A DNA stretch of 64,000 bases from an uncultured Gammaproteobacteria bacterium (lineage in GTDB: Bacteria > Patescibacteriota > Microgenomatia > Levybacterales > UBA12049), in contig CAZWXQ010000003.1 in assembly GCA_964637955.1 (NCBI GenBank), positions 95,154 through 159,153 on the forward strand, in the 5' to 3' direction. The notes under the pieces are model-generated. The model searched no databases and was not told the origin of the DNA. It saw only the letters and a program-made list of their open reading frames with translations. Made by a program: the position numbers and the translations under genes. Positions 49,826 to 58,396 of this stretch are shown here, one piece after another; position 1 is the first letter of the stretch, and every line of letters starts with the position of its first letter.

Positions 49826-51793
49826 ATGGACGGATTTGAAAAAATTGAACTAAGCTCTACTCCTAATAAGGCCAGCTCTCCAGAGAAAGCTCAAAAAACC
49901 CAGCTAGACGCAGTAAATAAAAAGCCAAAGAAGTCAAAATTCAGGAGATTAAAAAATAAAAAAGTTGTAGGAGTGATAGTTGGAGTATTTATAATACTTT
50001 TGGTTTTATTCGTGATTCCTTCGCTTCTAGTTTATTCATCAGCTAAAAAAACCTATGCTCAGGCAAAAGTTACTTCAGCTGCATTAAAAAATCAGGACAT
50101 AGAGCAAGCTCAAGTTGAGCTTAAAAAAACCCGTGAAAGACTTAAGGATACTCAAAGTAAAATGAATCTTTTGGTGGCGCTTAAATTTGTTCCAGGTCCA
50201 AATATTTATTATAACGATGCACAGCATATGATTAAAGCTGGTTTTTATGGTCTGGATGCTGCTGATACTTTTGTAGCTTCAGTTGAACCTTATGCAGATG
50301 TACTTGGGCTTAAGGGGGGGGATTCATTCACCGGAGGATCTGCTGAAAATAGAATTGAAACCGCTGTAAAAACCCTAGATAAGGTAACTCCTAAAATTGA
50401 CGATATATCTGAAGATATGAAGAAGGCTCAAAAAGAGATTGCTTACGTAAATCCTGATGATTATCCGTCTTTCATAGCGGGCGGGAAAGTTCATGAAGGA
50501 ATGAAGACTATGAGAACTCTTGCAGATGATGGTACAACTTTTATTGATCAGGCAAGGCCACTTATTAAAGTTCTTCCAGAGCTTTTGGGGCAACCAAATT
50601 CTAAAAAATATTTAGTTGTTTTCCAAAACGATAAAGAGCTTAGGCCAACAGGTGGATTCTTAACAGCATACGCTATTTTTAGAATTGATAAAGGTGTAAT
50701 TCATGTTGAGCAATCTGAAGATATTTATAAACTCGATGCTTCAGTCCCAAATAAGCAAAAGGCGCCAGCTCCAATTCTAAAATATCTTCCTAAGGTTTAC
50801 GAATTAAATTTAAGAGATAGTAATCTTTCGCCTGATTTCCAGGAATCTATGAAAGAATTCAGAGAAATTTATGATACTGCTGGAAATAAAGTAGATGTTG
50901 ATGGAATCGTAGCTCTTGATACGAGTGCATTGGTAGCAGTCATGCAGATCCTAGGAGATGTTGAGGTAAATGGAAAGAAATTGACCACGCAAACTGATCC
51001 GCGATGTGATTGTCCTCAGGTAATTTATGAATTAGAGTCAGAAGCCGGAACTAGAACCCAATATATAAGAGAAGACAGAAAAAGCATAATCGGAGATCTT
51101 ATGTATGCGATCATGAATAAAGCTTTCTCATCATCCCCATCTCAATATTGGGGGCCACTAGTTCAAGTTATGTTTGGTCAAATTGCTCAGAAGCATGTAC
51201 TGTTTAGTCTAGAAAATAAAGATGCTCAAAAAGGACTTTCAGCGGTTAACGCAGCTGGCGAAATAAAACCATTTGAAGGTGATTATCTTCATATTAACGA
51301 AGCAAATTTTGGAGGAGCTAAATCAAATCTTTTCGTTGATCAAGGAGTCGAGCAGGAATACAATGTGTCTAAAGATGGAACTATCACTAAAACTGTAACT
51401 GTAAGCTACAAGAATCCTCATGCTCCTTCCAATTGTAATCTCGAAAAAGAGTTTGCGCTTTGTCTTAATGCGCCACTTAGAGATTGGGTAAGAATTTATG
51501 TCCCAGAAGGAAGTAAATTAACTGACTCAAGTGGCTCTGAGGTTAAAATGAGCACTTATAAAGAACTTGGAAAAACAGTATTTGAAGGATTTACTACGAT
51601 AAGACCTCTTGGAGTTGGAAAGTACAGTATTACTTATACTCTTCCATTTAAGCTTAAGAAAGACTCTCCTCTACCTCTCATGATTCAAAAACAACCAGGA
51701 ACTGCAGAAGATGAGTACAGCATAAAAGTCAACGGGAAGCTAAAAGAAAAGTTTGTGCTTGACACAGACAAGACTTTAAATCTAGACTTTTAA
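49826..51793 (+). CDS. Membrane-anchored extracytoplasmic protein (655 aa), unknown function. A DUF4012-like architecture is possible but unverified.
   Basis: Charged N-terminus, single TM 'VVGVIVGVFIILLVLFVIPSLLVY', then a large hydrophilic domain with coiled-coil-like segment. Confidence 0.35.
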   Translation: MDGFEKIELSSTPNKASSPEKAQKTQLDAVNKKPKKSKFRRLKNKKVVGVIVGVFIILLVLFVIPSLLVYSSAKKTYAQAKVTSAALKNQDIEQAQVELKKTRERLKDTQSKMNLLVALKFVPGPNIYYNDAQHMIKAGFYGLDAADTFVASVEPYADVLGLKGGDSFTGGSAENRIETAVKTLDKVTPKIDDISEDMKKAQKEIAYVNPDDYPSFIAGGKVHEGMKTMRTLADDGTTFIDQARPLIKVLPELLGQPNSKKYLVVFQNDKELRPTGGFLTAYAIFRIDKGVIHVEQSEDIYKLDASVPNKQKAPAPILKYLPKVYELNLRDSNLSPDFQESMKEFREIYDTAGNKVDVDGIVALDTSALVAVMQILGDVEVNGKKLTTQTDPRCDCPQVIYELESEAGTRTQYIREDRKSIIGDLMYAIMNKAFSSSPSQYWGPLVQVMFGQIAQKHVLFSLENKDAQKGLSAVNAAGEIKPFEGDYLHINEANFGGAKSNLFVDQGVEQEYNVSKDGTITKTVTVSYKNPHAPSNCNLEKEFALCLNAPLRDWVRIYVPEGSKLTDSSGSEVKMSTYKELGKTVFEGFTTIRPLGVGKYSITYTLPFKLKKDSPLPLMIQKQPGTAEDEYSIKVNGKLKEKFVLDTDKTLNLDF

Positions 51794-51794
51794 T

Positions 51795-52331
51795 ATGAGG
51801 TCATTTCGACTCGAGGCGATAATAATAAAAAGAAAAGATATCGGTGAAGCAGATCGTATCCTCACATTAATGACTCGCCACCAAGGAAAAATTAGTGTAG
51901 TTGCTAAGGGAGTAAGGAAAATAAATAGTAGACGCGCAGCTCACATAGAACTTCTTAATCATTGCATCTTAAATCTTCATGAATCAAGGCTTCCAATTGT
52001 TACTGAAGCCGAAACTTTAAATCATTTCTCGGTTCTTAAAAATGATCTGAATAGAGCGGGATACGCTTTTTATATTTGTGAGCTTGTGGATGGTCTTATC
52101 GCAGACCATCAGGAAAATAGGATGGCATTTGAACTCGTTGAAAAAACTTTAAAAAGACTTGAAGCTAGCGAAAATCCAAAAATGCTTATAAAAGGTTTTG
52201 AGCAGGAGCTCTTGACGCTCCTAGGATTCTGGCCAGAAAAACAACAGCTTGCTATCCAAGACAGTGATGCATTTATAGAAAGCATCATCGAGCGAAAAAT
52301 AAAAACCAAAAGAATCCTCAATCTCATCTAA
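51795..52331 (+). CDS. recO: RecO-like DNA repair protein (short form, 178 aa)
   Basis: 'FRLEAIIIKRKDIGEADRILTLMTRHQGKISVVAKGVRK' is co-linear with E. coli RecO '[36 protein letters not shown]'. 'YICELVDGL' matches 'YINELLSRV'. Confidence 0.65.
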   Translation: MRSFRLEAIIIKRKDIGEADRILTLMTRHQGKISVVAKGVRKINSRRAAHIELLNHCILNLHESRLPIVTEAETLNHFSVLKNDLNRAGYAFYICELVDGLIADHQENRMAFELVEKTLKRLEASENPKMLIKGFEQELLTLLGFWPEKQQLAIQDSDAFIESIIERKIKTKRILNLI

Positions 52332-52351
52332 TGACTCGTGAATATTAAATT

Positions 52352-52942
52352 ATGGAAGAAGTAGTAGATTTAGCTCCAGAAGCGAGTTCTCTTCAATTAG
52401 AAGGTGGTATTGTTACGCCAAGATTAGAAGAGCAATTAAGAGAAGTTTATAGTCCGGATTTTTCTACCTTAGGACATGGAACTATTCCTGAGGTTGCTGA
52501 GGAGATTATGTTAACTGGGCTAAGATATAAAGATCCTGATTTATCATTAACCGCCGTTCCTCTATATGACGCAAAAATTCCTTACGACGAGCAATCGGGA
52601 GAAGTTGTTCAGAAAATTACTCATTGGCCCCATAAAGATCGAAAGGGAGTAGTGATTTTGATGATACCAAATCCCGCGGAAGATCAGCAGGGAGGAAACG
52701 CTTATTTTAATTCGGTTTTTGAAGAAAGACCTATTGAAGGAAGAAGTGATAGATACATAATTGATCCAAAATACATAAAAGGATATGTGGATGTTGAAGC
52801 AGGAAAATTCGTGCCTAATCCAAATTTTAATCCAACTCCTATAGTTTTCAAAGGAGGATTACAGGAAACGAAAATTAATGCTTCTGCAGTATCCCAACAG
52901 GTGCCAATTCCTTCTGCATCTGGGTTAAGTGAAGTTTGGTAA
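52352..52942 (+). CDS. Hypothetical soluble protein (196 aa)
   Basis: ORF with coding-like composition; no motif recognised. Confidence 0.35.
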   Translation: MEEVVDLAPEASSLQLEGGIVTPRLEEQLREVYSPDFSTLGHGTIPEVAEEIMLTGLRYKDPDLSLTAVPLYDAKIPYDEQSGEVVQKITHWPHKDRKGVVILMIPNPAEDQQGGNAYFNSVFEERPIEGRSDRYIIDPKYIKGYVDVEAGKFVPNPNFNPTPIVFKGGLQETKINASAVSQQVPIPSASGLSEVW

Positions 52943-53031
52943 AAGTCTGAAAAACCTCAAGGGAACTTGCTTCATTGAAGCGACGTAAATTCAGGATGAC
53001 AGCAAGGCTATTTTTTTGTTATCATTGCCGT

Positions 53032-54414
53032 ATGGATGACAAAATGCACAAAGTAATAGCGCTGACCAAGAGGCGTGGTTTTATTTATCCTGGAAGTGAT
53101 ATCTATGGTGGTTTGGCAAATAGTTATGACTACGGACCACTTGGAGCAGAGCTTCTTAGGAATCTTCGAAATCTTTGGTGGAAATTCTTTATTCAGAATA
53201 GGTCAGATATGGTAGGTCTTGACTCCAGTATTATTTCTCACCACAAGGTTTGGGAGGCCTCAGGACATGTAGCAGGATTTGCCGATGCCATGATTGATTG
53301 CAAAAACTGTAAGGCTAGAATGAGAGCTGATCATTTGATCGAAGGTTACTTTGAAAAGAAAGGTGAAAAAAAACAGGTGGAAGGTTTGTCTCCTGAGGAG
53401 CTGAGTCAAATAATTAAAGAAAATGAAATAAAGTGCCCGGTTTGCAGAAAATTTGACTGGACTGATGTTAGAAGGTTTAATCTTCTTTTTCCAGTTCAGC
53501 TAGGAATCGTAGAAGGTGAACAGGGACAGGCCTATTTAAGGGGGGAAACAGCTCAAGGAATATTTATTAATTTTAAAAATGTAATAGATTCCAATCGCGT
53601 TAAATTGCCCTTCGGTATTGGTCAAATAGGAAAAAGTTTTCGTAATGAAATTACTCCGGGAAATTCTATTTTTAGGACTATCGAATTTGAGCAAGCTGAA
53701 ATAGAATATTTCTTTGATCCTGAAAGGTCAAATTGGGAAGAGCTTTTTAATGAATGGAAAGAGCGAATCTTCGAGTTTGTGCTAAAAGACTTAGGAATTA
53801 ATGAAGAAAATCTTAGATGGCGTGAGCATGATGAAAAAGAAAGGTCATTTTATAGTAAAAGAACAGAGGACTTGGAATATAACTTTCCATTTGGATTTAA
53901 AGAGCTATGGGGGCTCGCATACCGAACTAACTATGATTTGACCAAGCATTCTGATGCTTCGAAAAAAGATTTAACCATAATGGACCCAGTAACTAACGAG
54001 AAAATTCTTCCCCATGTTATAGAGCCAGCAGTAGGAATTAATCGTTTACTCTTAATGACATTGATTGATTCATATACCGAAAATGATGGTAGAGTGCTAT
54101 TGAAATTAAATCCTAAGCTTTCTCCATACAAAGCTGCTATATTTCCACTTCTAGCAAATAAGCCTGAGCTTGTAGAGAAAGCCAGGGGTATTTTTGATGA
54201 TCTTAAATCTGAATTTAACGTGGCTTGGGATGACAGGGGAAACATAGGAAAGCGTTATCTATCTCAAGATGAAGCAGGAACGCCATATTGCATTACGGTG
54301 GACTTTGAAACTCTTGAAGATGACGCTGTTACAATTAGAGACCGTGACACTGCTACTCAGGAGAGAATAAAAATAGATGAGCTCAAAGTCTACATTTCAT
54401 CCAAATTATCCTAG
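53032..54414 (+). CDS. glyQS: Glycine--tRNA ligase (alpha2 GlyQS type). Start placed at the internal ATG (53032; 53044 is also possible), not the ORF-track start 52975.
   Basis: 'RRGFIYPGSDIYGGLANSYDYGPLGAELLRNL...WW' and 'DSSIISHHKVWEASGHVAGFAD...DCKNCK...R' are class II GlyRS motifs. Confidence 0.8.
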   Translation: MDDKMHKVIALTKRRGFIYPGSDIYGGLANSYDYGPLGAELLRNLRNLWWKFFIQNRSDMVGLDSSIISHHKVWEASGHVAGFADAMIDCKNCKARMRADHLIEGYFEKKGEKKQVEGLSPEELSQIIKENEIKCPVCRKFDWTDVRRFNLLFPVQLGIVEGEQGQAYLRGETAQGIFINFKNVIDSNRVKLPFGIGQIGKSFRNEITPGNSIFRTIEFEQAEIEYFFDPERSNWEELFNEWKERIFEFVLKDLGINEENLRWREHDEKERSFYSKRTEDLEYNFPFGFKELWGLAYRTNYDLTKHSDASKKDLTIMDPVTNEKILPHVIEPAVGINRLLLMTLIDSYTENDGRVLLKLNPKLSPYKAAIFPLLANKPELVEKARGIFDDLKSEFNVAWDDRGNIGKRYLSQDEAGTPYCITVDFETLEDDAVTIRDRDTATQERIKIDELKVYISSKLS

Positions 54415-54415
54415 C

Positions 54416-54444
54416 TTGACAACCAAAACGTAAAAATGTATATT
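54416..54444 (+). promoter_or_regulatory. Sigma70-like promoter candidate: TTGACA (54416-54421), 17-nt spacer, TATATT (54439-54444). ATG at 54453, 8 nt downstream (leaderless-type).
   Basis: Read directly from the sequence. Confidence 0.4.
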
Positions 54445-54452
54445 TCGTGGAT

Positions 54453-54974
54453 ATGTCACGAAGTTTAGAGGTCAGGTCTTATAATCCAGAACGAGAACAA
54501 ACAGAGCATGGTTTATTGGCTGAAGATGTATATCAAAATATTGCAGAAGTTTTAGGATCAAATCCTGACTTTCAAAAAGCACTTGCGAAAGCTTTTTTTG
54601 CCCCAAAAGATATCCATTCAGAGAAAAAAGTTAGAGAAATGTATGAATTAATTCCTGATTTTGAAGTGGAATATCCTGGTTCGAATGGAGACTTAGTTAT
54701 AGTTGGTGTTAAAAGTACTAAGCAAACGGAAGGTTATAATAGGAGATGGATGTCTCAAGAATTAAGTTATAAGACGCGTGGACTTGAATTTTTGGTAACT
54801 TCTAGCTATTACCAATTTCTTAATGAACCTACAAAAAATCACTATGGAGAAATACTTTTAAGAGATAGTAAAGGGCATCAAATTGCTTCTGGTTTAGAGG
54901 CGCTTGCTAAGTCTGCTGAGCTTCTGCCTGAGCTGGGTATTGAAGTTCCCTTACATCCTCAAGCCACTCCTTGA
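54453..54974 (+). CDS. Hypothetical soluble protein (~173 aa from the ATG at 54453)
   Basis: ORF; no motif recognised. Confidence 0.35.
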   Translation: MSRSLEVRSYNPEREQTEHGLLAEDVYQNIAEVLGSNPDFQKALAKAFFAPKDIHSEKKVREMYELIPDFEVEYPGSNGDLVIVGVKSTKQTEGYNRRWMSQELSYKTRGLEFLVTSSYYQFLNEPTKNHYGEILLRDSKGHQIASGLEALAKSAELLPELGIEVPLHPQATP

Positions 54975-54999
54975 CTTGATAGTTAAATCAAAGTAATAT
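54971..54999 (+). promoter_or_regulatory. Sigma70-like promoter candidate: TTGACT (54971-54976), 17-nt spacer, TAATAT (54994-54999). ATG at 55013, a 13-nt leader with no SD.
   Basis: Read directly from the sequence. Confidence 0.35.
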
Positions 55000-55012
55000 G
55001 GCTATGGAATAA

Positions 55013-56068
55013 ATGGGACCTATAAAACTCGCATTATCATATAACGATGTACTTCTTGTCCCACAGTACTCAGAAATTTCTTCACGAGGTGATGTAGATC
55101 TTTCTACGCAAATTGCTCCAGATATTACTTTAAAAATTCCTTTAATCGCAGCAAATATGGACACTGTTACAGGTGTAGAAATGGCTGTAGCTATGAATAA
55201 GCTTGGAGGGATGGCATTTATTGGTCGTTTTGATACTCCAAAAATTCAAGCCGATAAAGTTGCAAAAATTAAGAAGAAAGGGGCAGAGTCTATTGGAGTG
55301 ATTGGAGTTAAAGACGATTATATTAAAAGAGCAGAAATGCTTCTCAAGGCAGGTTCAATTGCGCTTCACTTAGATATTGCTCATGCACATGCAGCGCACG
55401 GTATAAAAGTTATAAGAGACGTTAAAAAGGCATATCCAAAAATAGCTCTTATTGCAGGTACAGTAGCTTCGTATCAGGGCGCATATGATCTTTTAGAGGC
55501 TGGAGCAGATACGCTGAAAGTAGGAATAGGTGCAGGATCAATTTGTATAACTAGAGTAGCAACTGGTCATGGAGTTCCTCAAATAACGGCTGTTATGGAA
55601 GCTGTGAGAGCAAAAAATAAGTTTAAAAATCGATTTATTATTGCTGATGCTGGAGCTTCAAATTCGGGAGATATTGTTAAAGTGTTAGCTGCTGGAGCGA
55701 GCGCGTATGAAGGTGGATCTCTTTTTGCAGGAACTGATGAGACACCTGGTAAAATAATTCGAAGAAATGGAATTTTTTATAAAGAATATAATGGTTCAAC
55801 TTCTCTTGAAGAAAAAGTTAGACAGCTTAAAAAAGACGCTACAAACAAAAAACCACATTATGCTATTCATGTAGAAGGAGTTGAGGCTATGGTTAAGTAT
55901 AAGGGCCCGCTTGGTGAGGTCGTAGATTCACTTACAGCTGGAATTAAAAGCGGGTATAGCTATTCAGGCGCTAAGAATATAAAAGAGCTTTGGAAAAAAG
56001 CGCAGTTTATTCAAATAACTGGAGCTGGATACAGGGAAAGTCAGTCTCACGATGTAATTTTGAGGTAG
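55013..56068 (+). CDS. IMP dehydrogenase / GMP reductase family TIM-barrel enzyme (no CBS domains, 351 aa)
   Basis: 'YNDVLLVPQYSEISSR.DVDLST', 'IPLIAANMDTVTG', 'GIGAGSICITR' catalytic-Cys loop. Confidence 0.75.
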   Translation: MGPIKLALSYNDVLLVPQYSEISSRGDVDLSTQIAPDITLKIPLIAANMDTVTGVEMAVAMNKLGGMAFIGRFDTPKIQADKVAKIKKKGAESIGVIGVKDDYIKRAEMLLKAGSIALHLDIAHAHAAHGIKVIRDVKKAYPKIALIAGTVASYQGAYDLLEAGADTLKVGIGAGSICITRVATGHGVPQITAVMEAVRAKNKFKNRFIIADAGASNSGDIVKVLAAGASAYEGGSLFAGTDETPGKIIRRNGIFYKEYNGSTSLEEKVRQLKKDATNKKPHYAIHVEGVEAMVKYKGPLGEVVDSLTAGIKSGYSYSGAKNIKELWKKAQFIQITGAGYRESQSHDVILR

Positions 56069-56099
56069 GATTCGAGCCTTACTGATCTATTTGCACTTT

Positions 56100-56215
56100 T
56101 CTCACCTGCTTTGCATGTGTTCGAAGAGTACTGCGCGCATAAGCGCTTGCACCGCTTGCTTCGCAACGGCACTGCGTCGGTCGTCAAGGGTGACCTCCTT
56201 GACAACTAATCAAAT
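56100..56215. other. GC-rich intergenic island, candidate structured ncRNA or RNA element (unclassified)
   Basis: The ~165-nt gap between the guaB-like gene and the next gene contains a segment far more GC-rich than any flanking DNA ('ctgcgcgcataagcgcttgcaccgcttgcttcgcaacggcactgcgtcggtcgtcaagggtgacc'). It has a GCGC-ataa-GCGC hairpin and other short stems. No ORF of 60 aa or more on the + strand. Confidence 0.2.
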
Positions 56216-56235
56216 TTTCCTATATTCTTGTATCA

Positions 56236-56742
56236 ATGGAATCACTTAAAAATAAAAAAATACTCTCAATAATTGCAGTAATTGCGGTAGTTCTTCTTCT
56301 TGTGGGCGGAGGGTTCTTCTTTTTTAAAAACCAGTCATCAAGCGCTTCTGATGAAAGTGAAAATGAACTAATGGATGCTTCTGATCTTCCTGAGTTGTCT
56401 CCTGAGGAAATTGGGATGATAGTGACTCTTCGAAAAGATAATAAAGCTCTGATGTTCGAGCTTACTAAAGCAAGTAAGATTGAAAAAGTAGAATATACCA
56501 TTGAATATGAGGCTACTACTGACGAAGGTACTGCGAATCAAGGTATTTTTGGAGAAATGAATATTGGAAAAGACGGTATTACTAAAACGGACTTTAGAGA
56601 ATTTGGGACATGTTCAGCAGGGAAATGCAGATATGATAATGTGTCCTCAGACGTAACTATAAATCTAAAAGTCACAATGAAAGATGGTAAAGAGTATCAA
56701 GTTAAAAAAGTCGTAAAACTTTCAGAACCTTCTGATGAATGA
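56236..56742 (+). CDS. Small membrane-anchored/secreted protein (168 aa), unknown function
   Basis: N-terminal TM 'ILSIIAVIAVVLLLVGGGFFFF' then acidic soluble domain; overlaps the next gene (ATGA). Confidence 0.4.
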   Translation: MESLKNKKILSIIAVIAVVLLLVGGGFFFFKNQSSSASDESENELMDASDLPELSPEEIGMIVTLRKDNKALMFELTKASKIEKVEYTIEYEATTDEGTANQGIFGEMNIGKDGITKTDFREFGTCSAGKCRYDNVSSDVTINLKVTMKDGKEYQVKKVVKLSEPSDE

Positions 56743-58202
56743 AAAGTTCTAGCTTAGTTAAGAACTTAAAATCTACTATAAAGAAAAAACCCGATTACTT
56801 GATTGCTTTTTTTGTCTGTTCAGTATTTTTGTTAGCATATCTAACTCTCTCATTAATTAAACATACACATTTTGGAACTGGATATGATCTTGCAATAGCC
56901 AATCAAGTGGTATGGGAATATAGCAAATTTTTATCTCCAATTTCTTCAGTACATGCATTTGCTTTTTCTTCAGTTCTTGTAGATCACATTGAATTCATTT
57001 ACATTTTTCTTTCGCCTCTTTATTGGTTATTTCCTGATGCAAAAACTTTGATAATCTTGCAATCTATCTTAATTGGTGTGTCAGGAATACCAATTTATTT
57101 GCTGGCCAGAAAATACAAAATTAATATTTACTTAAGTTTAAGTATTTTGATTTCTTATTTCATGTTTTATGGGGTTCAGAATGCTTTGTGGTCAGATGTT
57201 CATAGCTTGGTTTTCGGAGCAGTTTTTTTAAGTTTCTTTATTTTCTTTCTAGATACTGATAGGAAATTGCCAACGATATTATTTTTTTTCTTGGCAATCA
57301 CTTCAAAAGAAGACATAGCACTATTAACATTTTTAATTTCATTGGTTTACTTTATACGTACCAGAAATAGATTGCCAATTTATTTAATGCTTGGTTCCAT
57401 TATCTATTCTTTTTTAATTTTCTTTGTTTATTTCCCGCATATGGGTGGATATAGGTTTGCTAATGAAAATGGACTCCTTTCAAACATAAATTTACTAAAT
57501 TTTTTTAATACAAGAGAAAAAATCAATGTTTTCTTTTACTCTTTCTTGTCTTTTGGATTTTTACCTGTTCTAAATCCTCTTGCTTTGATTCCATTTCTGG
57601 GAGATTTAGCGCATTATTTTATTCTGGGAAATGATACTGTCACATCTGCGCAGTCAATTTTTATGCATTATAGAGTTACAGACGCGCTTTTATTGACGTG
57701 GCCTTTAATATTAGTGATTGGAAAATATAATAGATTAAACAATAAGTACCTATCTGTCTATTTACTGGGTTTTGCATTTCTGACTACATATCTGCTTCAT
57801 GCTCCTTTAACTTATCTATCTAAGTCTTGGTTTTGGACTAGACCATCTGGAGTAAATAATATAAATCAAGCAATTAGTTTTATTCCAAGTGACGCATACG
57901 TAGCTACGCAAACAAATATTTCCCCTCACATCTCAAATAGACGAATGATAGTTACTATGTGGGGAGAGAGAAAAGATTTCAATTTGGTTGATTCACCTTG
58001 CGGAAAAGTAAATTGCGCATGGTTTAAATGGGCAGGAAAGCCAGAGTATATTATCGTAGACACTTCTCCGGAATGGGATGCACGTCATTTGCTTGCAAAT
58101 AGACCAGATTTCATTGAAGGTTTGGAAAATATGGAAAAAGCAGGGAAAATCAAACTAATTAAAGAATTTAATACCTCAAAAATTTATAAGATCATCTATT
58201 AG
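56739..58202 (+). CDS. Polytopic membrane protein, DUF2079-like (GT-C-related predicted membrane glycosyltransferase)
   Basis: 487 aa. N-terminal 'HTHFGTGYDLAIANQVVWEY' resembles the DUF2079 family start; many TM helices and a C-terminal soluble domain. Confidence 0.45.
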   Translation: MKSSSLVKNLKSTIKKKPDYLIAFFVCSVFLLAYLTLSLIKHTHFGTGYDLAIANQVVWEYSKFLSPISSVHAFAFSSVLVDHIEFIYIFLSPLYWLFPDAKTLIILQSILIGVSGIPIYLLARKYKINIYLSLSILISYFMFYGVQNALWSDVHSLVFGAVFLSFFIFFLDTDRKLPTILFFFLAITSKEDIALLTFLISLVYFIRTRNRLPIYLMLGSIIYSFLIFFVYFPHMGGYRFANENGLLSNINLLNFFNTREKINVFFYSFLSFGFLPVLNPLALIPFLGDLAHYFILGNDTVTSAQSIFMHYRVTDALLLTWPLILVIGKYNRLNNKYLSVYLLGFAFLTTYLLHAPLTYLSKSWFWTRPSGVNNINQAISFIPSDAYVATQTNISPHISNRRMIVTMWGERKDFNLVDSPCGKVNCAWFKWAGKPEYIIVDTSPEWDARHLLANRPDFIEGLENMEKAGKIKLIKEFNTSKIYKIIY

Positions 58203-58281
58203 TAATTTGTAGCAAATTAATATAAGCCTATTAGATATAGTGTTTGATTTTTATTGCAACGCTATTTTGCCTTATTACCTA

Positions 58282-58310
58282 TTGACACTTTTCACAAAAA
58301 ATTTCACAAT
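58282..58310 (+). promoter_or_regulatory. mraZ promoter candidate: -35 TTGACA (58282-58287), 17-nt spacer, weak -10 CACAAT (58305-58310)
   Basis: Read directly from the sequence; lies 110 nt upstream of mraZ. Confidence 0.3.
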
Positions 58311-58318
58311 GTAAATAT

Positions 58319-58360
58319 TGATTCAAAGTGGGAAAAAGTGGGAAATAAATCTTTGAATCA
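58319..58360 (+). promoter_or_regulatory. Probable MraZ operator: two direct AAAGTGGG boxes (58325-58332, 58335-58342; 10-bp period) enclosed by a perfect 10-bp inverted repeat TGATTCAAAG / CTTTGAATCA (58319-58328 / 58351-58360)
   Basis: GTGGG direct repeats at 10-bp spacing upstream of mraZ are the known MraZ binding-site architecture (E. coli, Mollicutes). Repeats and IR read directly from the sequence. Confidence 0.55.
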
Positions 58361-58396
58361 CCACAGGCAGTCCCGTCTGTTGACGGGATAGGAAAT

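Noticed and set aside
52943-53031. Promoter upstream of glyQS (TTGCTT...TAAATT)
   Set aside because: Spacing between the candidate hexamers is only ~13 nt. No alternative pair with 16-19 nt spacing was found.
56060-56100. Possible tRNA suggested by 'GGATTCGAGCC' (reverse complement of a T-arm-like GGCTCGAATCC) at the start of the 56.1 kb intergenic region
   Set aside because: I could not build a T-stem with more than 3 bp, nor an acceptor stem or anticodon arm, around it on either strand. Likely a chance match. The region is kept only as a generic ncRNA candidate.
58203-58219. Hairpin TAATTTG-tag-CAAATTA right after the stop of the DUF2079-like gene
   Set aside because: It is a 7-bp, almost pure A/T stem with no following U-tract. 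That is too weak to call a terminator in a 30-40% GC genome.
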